Origin: Acaryochloris thomasi RCC1774
Lineage (GTDB): Bacteria > Cyanobacteriota > Cyanobacteriia > Thermosynechococcales > Thermosynechococcaceae
Direction: 5' to 3'
DNA length: 32,000 nt
Assembly (NCBI RefSeq): GCF_003231495.1
Contig: NZ_PQWO01000002.1
Location: forward strand, 330,001-362,000
This document shows, in pieces, positions 1 to 6,973 of this stretch (the stretch's first letter is position 1; each line of letters begins with the position of its first letter). The translations under genes and the position numbers were made by a program. The notes beneath the pieces were generated by a model, which made no database searches, was not told the DNA's origin, and saw only the letters and a list, made by a program, of their open reading frames with translations.

Positions 1-5
1 CCTAT

Positions 6-677
6 TTATACCGCAGCCCACTTTTGCAGCAGTTTCTCACGCACTTGCTTTGGATCGCCCTGTTCTGTCACGCGGCCATGCTCCAGCAAAACAGCGCCAT
101 CACAGTACTCCAGTTCCTCGAGTCGATGCGTGACCCATAGGGCCGATAAGCCTCTGCGTTTAACAATGCTTTGCACCTGCCGCACTAGCTCTATTTGACT
201 ATCAGGGTCGAGTAGAGCAGTTGGTTCATCTAACAATAAAAGTTCGCAGTGACGTGCGATCGCACCGGCAATGGCAATTCGTTGCTTTTGCCCGCCGCTG
301 AGGGCATAAATCGGACGGTTACGCAGATGCCATAGATTGACGGCGGTGAGCGCTTCTTCAACCCGCTTTCGCACCTCGGGCAAAGAGAGTTTTTCCTCCA
401 CGAGCCCAAAGGCGACATCGGCCCCCACCGTCGGCATCACAAGCTGATGATCGGGGTTCTGGAACACGAAGCCCACAGGATTAGCCACTTCTAGCAAACC
501 TGACTGAGGGACGAGCAAACTGACTAGCAGCTTTAGGAGCGTAGATTTACCGCTGCCGTTGGTGCCCAAGAGCATCCAAAACTCACCCTTGGGCATCGTC
601 AGAGAACAGCGATCTAGAACAGGTTTATCTGCTGACCACCCAAAACATAAATCTTCGAGGGTGATAGCGTTGGTCAT
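6..677 (-). CDS. ABC transporter ATP-binding protein (short, ECF/CbiO-like A component)
   Basis: 223-aa ORF with Walker A GTNGSGKST, ABC signature LSGGQKQR, Walker B LLLLDEP and H-loop VTHR. No permease gene is visible in the window; the downstream side runs off the left edge. Confidence 0.9.
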   Translation of the reverse strand: MTNAITLEDLCFGWSADKPVLDRCSLTMPKGEFWMLLGTNGSGKSTLLKLLVSLLVPQSGLLEVANPVGFVFQNPDHQLVMPTVGADVAFGLVEEKLSLPEVRKRVEEALTAVNLWHLRNRPIYALSGGQKQRIAIAGAIARHCELLLLDEPTALLDPDSQIELVRQVQSIVKRRGLSALWVTHRLEELEYCDGAVLLEHGRVTEQGDPKQVREKLLQKWAAV

Positions 678-943
678 GAATTGATGGCTGCAAAAAAGCC
701 AGGGACATTAGCCCCGCCGCCTCCGCTCGATTTATCTGAGATCTGAACTGCAGAAATCTCGCTGCTGAGGACGCCGATCTTCTTGTCAGTGTCGCGATCG
801 CACGTCAGCTCCAGCAATTGAGAACTTGAGGATTGAACCGCCGTCAAAATCTTTTGGTAGAGCGCCTCAGCATCATCCGTCTCTTTCCGTTGGACGGCCA
901 AAGCGAGGGGAGTGCCGCGTAAGGTTACTTCAATGGTGTACAT
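674..943 (-). CDS. small conserved hypothetical protein, translationally coupled to the ABC ATPase
   Basis: 89-aa ORF. Its TGA overlaps the ATG of the downstream ABC ATPase (ATGA on the minus strand at 677-674). C-terminus is Gly-rich (SSGGGGANVPGFF). The layout vaguely recalls DUF3107-type small proteins, but that is from memory and is not asserted. Confidence 0.6.
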   Translation of the reverse strand: MYTIEVTLRGTPLALAVQRKETDDAEALYQKILTAVQSSSSQLLELTCDRDTDKKIGVLSSEISAVQISDKSSGGGGANVPGFFAAINS

Positions 944-1053
944 AAATCATGTTCTTGGGTGAGTCGTTTATACATAGTCACCAGCGGTTGGCTGGGAGAC
1001 TACGCTATGCTCCAGTATTGCAAATTTCGCCAGCGGCAGGGCAGATTTCCGCC

Positions 1054-2025
1054 CTAATTTTCGCCACTTCCCATCAGGTACAGCAGCGCCATCCTTACCG
1101 CTACGCCGCTGGTGACCTGTTGACTCACTAAGCTGAGGGCCGGATCATCCATCAAGTCTGAGCTAATTTCTACCCCGCGATTAGTGGGGCCGGGGTGCAG
1201 AATTTTGACGCTGGGCTGGCAGAGTTGGATGCGATCGCGCGTAATCCCATAGCGTTGGTAATACTCTCGAATGCTGGGAATTAAATGCTGGGCCATCCGC
1301 TCATGCTGCAGGCGCAGCGTCATTACAAAATCAGCCTCTCGAAGGGCTGGCTCCAGCTCCCAGTGAACGGTGGCACCGTAGTCTGAGAACGCTTCGGGTG
1401 CCAGCGTTGGCGGACCGGCAATGTGGACCTCTGCACCACAGGTGACCAGGCTGGCAAGATTAGAGCGGGCAACCCGTGAATGGAGAATATCGCCCACAAT
1501 CGCAATTTTTTTGCCCTTCAGCAGTTCGGTGTTGGGATTGTGAGCGTCCAGCGTACAGCATAGGGTAAACAAATCCAGCAGCCCCTGGGACGGATGCTCA
1601 TGGAAGCCGTCACCTGCATTGAGGACGCCTACTTTCCCCCCCAGCCGATCCATTGCGGTGGCAATCATCTGCGGTACTCCGGCCTCTTGGTGACGAATCA
1701 CCATCAAATCGGTCCCCATGGCCAGGAACGTTTTCGCCGTGTCCAGAATTGTTTCCCCTTTACTGAGGGAAGAGGTTCCGGGCGAGAAATTGAGGACATC
1801 GGCAGAGAGTCGCTTCGCCGCCAGCTCAAAACTGCTGCGGGTCCGGGTTGAAGGTTCAAAAAATAGGTTGGTTACTAAGCGGGCCTGCAGCGTCGGGACT
1901 TTCTTGGCGCGGCGTTTTAGCACCCCACTAAAGCTGTGGGCGGTCTGCAAAACAATATCGAGTTCCTGGGCCGTGAAGTCAGCCAGTGAGAGGACGTGGT
2001 GACGATTCCAGGTAGCAGCGGCCAT
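1054..2025 (-). CDS. pyrB: aspartate carbamoyltransferase catalytic subunit
   Basis: Carries the STRTR carbamoyl-phosphate motif, plus HPSQ and HPGP motifs. The ORF track starts at 2109, but homology-type sequence begins at [18 protein letters not shown], so I place the start at the ATG at 2025-2023. Confidence 0.9.
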   Translation of the reverse strand: MAAATWNRHHVLSLADFTAQELDIVLQTAHSFSGVLKRRAKKVPTLQARLVTNLFFEPSTRTRSSFELAAKRLSADVLNFSPGTSSLSKGETILDTAKTFLAMGTDLMVIRHQEAGVPQMIATAMDRLGGKVGVLNAGDGFHEHPSQGLLDLFTLCCTLDAHNPNTELLKGKKIAIVGDILHSRVARSNLASLVTCGAEVHIAGPPTLAPEAFSDYGATVHWELEPALREADFVMTLRLQHERMAQHLIPSIREYYQRYGITRDRIQLCQPSVKILHPGPTNRGVEISSDLMDDPALSLVSQQVTSGVAVRMALLYLMGSGEN

Positions 2026-2127
2026 AGGCAGAGAAGTCAGGGGACAGTGGCACAGACCAAAATTGAAACGTGGTCTCCGGTATGATGATATCTCGCAGCT
2101 TGCATCCAAGTCAGGGGGAGATCAGGC

Positions 2128-3183
2128 ATGGGCTATCCGGTCACGTTAATTCGGGGTGATGGCATTGGGCCAGAGGTAACAGAAGCTGTCCGCATTGCGA
2201 TCGATGCGACAGGCGTTGCTGTTGATTGGAACATTGTCGATACGGGACGTGAAGCGACGGAGGCCGATTCGATTGCGTCCCAAGTTCTGGGAGCCATGCG
2301 AGAAACAAAAGTGGCGATCGCTGGCCCCTTCGCAGCGGCCGCAAATCAGAGGTCTCAGCCTGCGATGGCTAAGATTCGCAAGCAGCTACAGCTCTATGCC
2401 CATCTGCAACCCGCAAAATCGATGGTGGGGAGCAACTTCAGTGACATCAATCTGCTGCTCGTGTACGAAAGCGCGAATGTCTCTGCTGGGTTTGGGTTTG
2501 ATCGCACGACAAATGAAGCGGCTGATGTGCGCGATTATCTAGCGAGGATGTCGGGTATCCCTATTTATGAAGATGCGGCCTTAGATATTCGTTTAGTGTC
2601 GGTGTTGGGCTGCCGCCGCCTGATGGAATGCGCCTTTGAGCAAGCTCGGACGCATGATCGACACAAAGTGACAGCGGTTCACAGAAGCGATACTCAACCC
2701 TTTACCGATGGCCTGTTCCTAGAGATCGCCCGCGAAATAGCGAAGGACTATCTCAAGATTGAGTTTGAAGACTGTCTGGCTGACACGCTCTGTACGCAAC
2801 TCATCCAGACGCCTCAAAACTACGATGTACTGGTCATGCCCCACCTGTATGGCCAGATGATCTCTGATCTGTGTACAGGAATGAATGGGGGTGCCAGCGT
2901 GACGCCGCGCGCCACCTTGGGTGATGAATATGCTATTTTCGACGCCGTTCATGGACCTGTGCCTCAGCTTGCGGGCCAGAACAAGGTAAACCCCACTGCG
3001 CTGATTTTGTCCGGCGTTATGCTGCTGCGGCACCTGGGTGAGTATGCGGCTGCCCAGCAGCTTCAGGCGGCGGTGGAAACCGTCATTGCCCAACAGAAAG
3101 CCGTGACTGATGATTTAGTACCAGAGGGCACTCAACCCGTCGGAACCCGAGAGATGGCAGATGCGATCGCATCTGCCATCTAA
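2128..3183 (+). CDS. isocitrate/isopropylmalate dehydrogenase family protein (divergent paralog)
   Basis: 351 aa. N-terminal GDGIGPEV, LQLYAHLQPAK, HKVTAVHRS, NYDVLVMPHLYGQMISD and HGPVPQLAGQNKVNP all line up by eye with LeuB/Icd family blocks, but several catalytic positions differ (see findings). Confidence 0.85.
   Translation: MGYPVTLIRGDGIGPEVTEAVRIAIDATGVAVDWNIVDTGREATEADSIASQVLGAMRETKVAIAGPFAAAANQRSQPAMAKIRKQLQLYAHLQPAKSMVGSNFSDINLLLVYESANVSAGFGFDRTTNEAADVRDYLARMSGIPIYEDAALDIRLVSVLGCRRLMECAFEQARTHDRHKVTAVHRSDTQPFTDGLFLEIAREIAKDYLKIEFEDCLADTLCTQLIQTPQNYDVLVMPHLYGQMISDLCTGMNGGASVTPRATLGDEYAIFDAVHGPVPQLAGQNKVNPTALILSGVMLLRHLGEYAAAQQLQAAVETVIAQQKAVTDDLVPEGTQPVGTREMADAIASAI
3152..3181. repeat. 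30-bp perfect palindrome centred on a HIP1 site (GCGATCGC)
   Basis: AGATGGCAGATGCGATCGCATCTGCCATCT equals its own reverse complement. It covers the last codons (MADAIASAI) of the dehydrogenase-like gene and ends on the first base of its TAA. Confidence 0.9.
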
Positions 3184-3254
3184 GCCACACTCTGCACCTG
3201 AAGCGGCGCTAAAGGCTAGACGAGCAGTAGGCTTGTCTACTGGATCGCACAGCG

Positions 3255-3368
3255 CTAGGGGCGTCGGAACTGCTGCATGCGCTGCAGAAATATCAAGAGA
3301 CAATAGATCGAGAGAATGTACCCGGTGGCAATCGCCGGGATCATCAGGGGAACGTTGAAGGCAATCAT
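3255..3368 (-). CDS. candidate 37-aa small membrane protein (unverified)
   Basis: Hand translation of the minus strand gives MIAFNVPLMIPAIATGYILSIYCLLIFLQRMQQFRRP then stop, with one clear hydrophobic helix and a basic tail. It falls below the ORF-track cutoff, has no Shine-Dalgarno, and no family is recognised. Confidence 0.25.
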   Translation of the reverse strand: MIAFNVPLMIPAIATGYILSIYCLLIFLQRMQQFRRP

Positions 3369-4061
3369 GATGGAGGAGTGAGTGAGTGGAGTAAGGCCCA
3401 GAATATAAGGCTCAAGCAAACTTCATGCGCAAGCGTACCCAATCATTGCGCTATCGCTGCCTCAATAATCGATTGGTTCGCCTAACAGCCTTGACTGAGA
3501 GTGGTGTCTCAAAACCTGACAGCCTCAGGGCTGCTGTTTGTGACTCTGAAGTGAAGATCAACTTCAGGAAGCTGAAATAATTAAACCCAGCAAGCTGAAC
3601 TGATTAAACTCAGTAATTAAAGAAAGAGGCTCAAGGTCGCCTATCTCTTTTCTTCTACAAGGCAATGAAACTCAACTAGTTTTAGGATGCCCTCACACCG
3701 GATAGAAACTTGCTAAGCCCATGAGTTTTTCTAAACCCTTGCTTCTAAGATAGCATTAGATTCTGAGAATCGTCACGATCAAGACTGAATAAAAGATACA
3801 TTTCTTATTGATGTCCGAGGGCTTTGAAGAAATATACCTTTAGCTATTTTGAATTGATCGATATGCGTAGAAAATGGGCACTCATTTTAGTTGCCTCGCT
3901 TGTTTTTGTTAAGAAATGTTAGTAGAAACAGGCGATAAGGGGAACTTATCTTTGTCTTTTTGATCATATTTCTCCCAAGTTGCTGCAGCGTAAGGGATAT
4001 CACTGTTCAGATGTTGTGCTGTAGCCTGAGTTCCGTCTTGGGGGTCGAAGCAGATCAGAGT

Positions 4062-4748
4062 TTACTTGGTTGCGGTGCCGATGATGTGGGGTTTGACGAT
4101 TGCGATCGGTACCGGACCCTCAAAAGCTTCGTGACTGATGTTGCTGAATCCAGCCTCTGCTAATGCCTTCTCAATGTTGCGATCAGGGCAGCAGCCGTCG
4201 CCAATGATCTGCCAGAGCGGACGAATACCGACTTGAGCTTGGCGTAGTAGAGTGCCGGCTGGCGCGGCCACATGCTCAATAAATAAGAACCGACCACCGG
4301 GCTTCAGGACGCGCAAAATCTCTTGAAGCGTTGCCGCTAGGTCTGGGACAGAACAAAGCACTAAGGTGCTAATCACCGTGTCAATACTGCCGTCGGTAAT
4401 GCCTGAATTCCCTGCCGTTTCTGTGCGGAGATCAATATTTTTAAGGCCCAGCTGCTCTGCTTCTTGGTGCAGGTAAGAATGCATGTATTGGTTTGGTTCG
4501 AGGCCGATCCAGTGGGTATTGGGCTGCAGATAGCGAAGGTTGACGCCTGCTCCAGGACCGATTTCTAAGACCTCTCCCTGCAGGTTGGCAAAAAGGGTGT
4601 GTTTACGGGTTGCGATCTCACCTTCATAATCTGCCGCCGCTGTTGCCATTGCCCAGGCAAAAAAGCGCTTGTACCATTGCGGACCGTCATAAACATCATT
4701 ATTAGATTTCGCCATTGACCGACTCCAGATTGCTTGTTCCCCTGCCAT
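4062..4748 (-). CDS. class I SAM-dependent methyltransferase (Methyltransf_11-like)
   Basis: 228 aa with motif I VLEIGPGAGVN, a post-I acidic residue, and LKPGGRFLFIEH (motif III/IV region). The start could instead be the Met at 4715. Confidence 0.85.
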   Translation of the reverse strand: MAGEQAIWSRSMAKSNNDVYDGPQWYKRFFAWAMATAAADYEGEIATRKHTLFANLQGEVLEIGPGAGVNLRYLQPNTHWIGLEPNQYMHSYLHQEAEQLGLKNIDLRTETAGNSGITDGSIDTVISTLVLCSVPDLAATLQEILRVLKPGGRFLFIEHVAAPAGTLLRQAQVGIRPLWQIIGDGCCPDRNIEKALAEAGFSNISHEAFEGPVPIAIVKPHIIGTATK

Positions 4749-4895
4749 AGATCTGTCCTCAACTTGTCAGACAAATCCTTGCCGCAATCGTAGCGGATCG
4801 TAACCTTTGATCTCCAATGTTCAAAGATAGTCTATGCTAAACGCCATTAGATTTTGTCGCCAAAGCAAAATCATTGCCCTAGGAGAAAGAGCACC

Positions 4896-6248
4896 ATGAA
4901 AAAGGCGTCATCGCCCCTCAACGTGATTTGGCTGTTTATGATTGTCTTTGCCACAATCATTGCCGGCTATACCGGTCAAATGGCCGCCGTCACCGCAGCC
5001 ACTTTCGAATCTGCGGAAACCGCTGTCGAGCTAGCGATTGGCCTTGTGGGCGCGATGGCTCTGTGGCTCGGGATTCTCAAGGTGATTGAAGCCGCAGGTC
5101 TTATGGCTCTGATTGCGCGCTGGATTCGTCCACTAATGGTGCGGCTCTTTCCGGAGGTGCCTGCAGATCACCCGGCGATGTCCGCCATGCTGATGAACAT
5201 CGCAGCCAACGGCCTCGGCCTCGGGAATGCCGCGACGCCTTTGGGGCTGAAGGCGATGACTGAACTTAATAAGCTCAACGCTAACCCCGGGACGGCCACC
5301 AATGCTATGTGTTTGTTTCTTGCCATCAACACTTCCTCGGTGACCCTGCTGCCCATCGAAGTGATTGCGTTGCGCTCGAGCGCGGGGGCTGACAATCCCG
5401 GCAGCATTATTATTCCGACCTTGGTCGCAACGCTTTGCTCTACGGCGGTGGCGATTACCATGGCCAAACTGCTGGCCGCTAGAGGCACCAAATTAGAGGC
5501 AAAGTCTGTCCCAACCGTTGAACATGAACCCCTAGATTCTGCTATTGAGAATGATTTAGCCGCCAGCGACTCACCGACAGATGAACCGGCGGACCTTTCA
5601 CCCCCTGGAACTATTGGTAACGTTGTCTTTGGAGGCTTGGCGCTGGTCTTAAGCGCCGCCATTCTCTACAAGTTGGTAACTAGTTTGACGACGGCGGTCA
5701 ACGGCGTACCCTACTTTCTCACGACTGACTTTGTCAGCGTTGCCTCCCATTGGCTATTACCGACGGTGATCTGCCTATTTTTATTGGTGAGTTACTTTCG
5801 TGGCGTCAAAGTCTATGAAGTTATGACTGAAGGGGCAAAAGAAGGCTTCGAGATTGCCATCCGCATTATTCCCTTTTTGGTTGCCATTTTGGTTGCGATC
5901 GGGATGTTCCGGGCCAGTGGTGCTTTAGACCTAATGGCTACCGCGCTGCTGCCCGTTACCTCCCTGATTGGGCTGCCGCCGGAAGCGCTACCGATGGCTC
6001 TAATCCGTCCACTTTCTGGCGGCGGTGCCTATGGTCTCATGTCTGATATTGTCTCCAACGACCCCAATAGCTTTTTGGCCGACTTAGTTTCAACCATGCA
6101 GGGATCTACAGAAACCACTTTCTATGTTCTGGCGGTTTACTTTGGCAGTATTGGTATTTCTCGTTCTCGCCATGCGGTACCCGCCGCTCTCTGTGCCGAC
6201 GCTACAGGTTTGCTGGCCTCTCTCGCGGTGTGTCGTTTCCTGTTCTAG
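4896..6248 (+). CDS. nucleoside-recognition (Gate) domain membrane protein, SpmA/SpmB-like fusion
   Basis: Polytopic membrane protein with two Gate-like halves joined by an acidic linker. I prefer the ATG at 4896, preceded by AGGAGA at 4881-4886, over the TTG at 4854 used by the ORF track. Confidence 0.8.
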   Translation: MKKASSPLNVIWLFMIVFATIIAGYTGQMAAVTAATFESAETAVELAIGLVGAMALWLGILKVIEAAGLMALIARWIRPLMVRLFPEVPADHPAMSAMLMNIAANGLGLGNAATPLGLKAMTELNKLNANPGTATNAMCLFLAINTSSVTLLPIEVIALRSSAGADNPGSIIIPTLVATLCSTAVAITMAKLLAARGTKLEAKSVPTVEHEPLDSAIENDLAASDSPTDEPADLSPPGTIGNVVFGGLALVLSAAILYKLVTSLTTAVNGVPYFLTTDFVSVASHWLLPTVICLFLLVSYFRGVKVYEVMTEGAKEGFEIAIRIIPFLVAILVAIGMFRASGALDLMATALLPVTSLIGLPPEALPMALIRPLSGGGAYGLMSDIVSNDPNSFLADLVSTMQGSTETTFYVLAVYFGSIGISRSRHAVPAALCADATGLLASLAVCRFLF

Positions 6249-6272
6249 GCGGCTTCAACTTGTGGCCCTAAT

Positions 6273-6308
6273 CAGAACTTCAGGCTACCCTTGATGTCTG
6301 AAGTTCTG
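6273..6308 (+). other. perfect 11-bp stem hairpin in an intergenic spacer
   Basis: CAGAACTTCAG (6273-6283) and CTGAAGTTCTG (6298-6308) are exact reverse complements separated by a 14-nt loop. It lies 25 nt after the stop of the upstream gene. There is no U-tract, so it is not a canonical intrinsic terminator. Confidence 0.45.
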
Positions 6309-6329
6309 AAGCGTTAGAGACTAGAAGTC

Positions 6330-6926
6330 ATGCTCAAATCCGCCGTTAATATTATCTGTCTGGCCTGTCTTTTTGGTGTTCCTAGTACTCTCACGGCGAG
6401 TGCTCAGTCATCTCCTGCATCTATCTCAACGGATGCGCCCACCGTTTCGCCGGAGCGGCAAGCTCTGGTAGAAGAATTGTTGGTATTGACCAAGCAGGAA
6501 GAGAGCGCGAATCGGATGCTAGATTCAATGCTGATGCAAATTGAGACGACGTTGCCTCAGTTTTTGAGCGATACGCTATCTAAGACCACCAATCTCAAAG
6601 ATCAGGCGCTGCAGGAGCAGGTCACTGCTCTCTCTGCCCGCATGGCGAAACGCTATCGAGAGCTATTGCTCCAGCGAATTGATATTGGCCAAATCACAAC
6701 GCAAATCAATTCGTCGCTTTATGCGAAGTACTACACTGAAGGCGAATTACAGGGGTTGATTGATTTTTATCGCACGCCGTTGGGTCAAAAGACCATTGAG
6801 ATTACGCCGCAGCTCTCAGAAGAGGCGCTGCAGCAGTCTAATAAACTGTTGCTACCTAAGGTGATGGAGGTGGTGCAGGAAATCATTGCTGAAGAGTTCG
6901 GTCAGCTCCAGTCTCCTGAACAATAA
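6330..6926 (+). CDS. DUF2059 domain-containing secreted protein
   Basis: 198 aa with an N-terminal signal peptide (…STLTASAQ). The C-terminal block YTEGELQGLIDFYRTPLGQKTIEITPQL matches the DUF2059 signature as I remember it. Confidence 0.75.
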   Translation: MLKSAVNIICLACLFGVPSTLTASAQSSPASISTDAPTVSPERQALVEELLVLTKQEESANRMLDSMLMQIETTLPQFLSDTLSKTTNLKDQALQEQVTALSARMAKRYRELLLQRIDIGQITTQINSSLYAKYYTEGELQGLIDFYRTPLGQKTIEITPQLSEEALQQSNKLLLPKVMEVVQEIIAEEFGQLQSPEQ

Positions 6927-6973
6927 GGATGCGTCGCCTTTCGAGGCTCCTGATGCTGGGCCGCAGCCTGAAT

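Noticed and set aside
2026-2109. 28-codon N-terminal extension of pyrB
   Set aside because: The extension ([28 protein letters not shown]) is Cys-rich and not ATCase-like. The conserved N-terminus HVLSLADFT follows the internal Met at 2025.
5168-5662. Long antisense ORFs inside well-supported genes (e.g. 5168-5662, 14052-14576, 17888-18337, 10810-11193, 2719-3093)
   Set aside because: These are shadow ORFs opposite GC3-rich coding sequence. Their translations are low-complexity and Arg/Ser/Pro/Gly-biased with no recognisable motifs, and each fully overlaps a confidently assigned gene.
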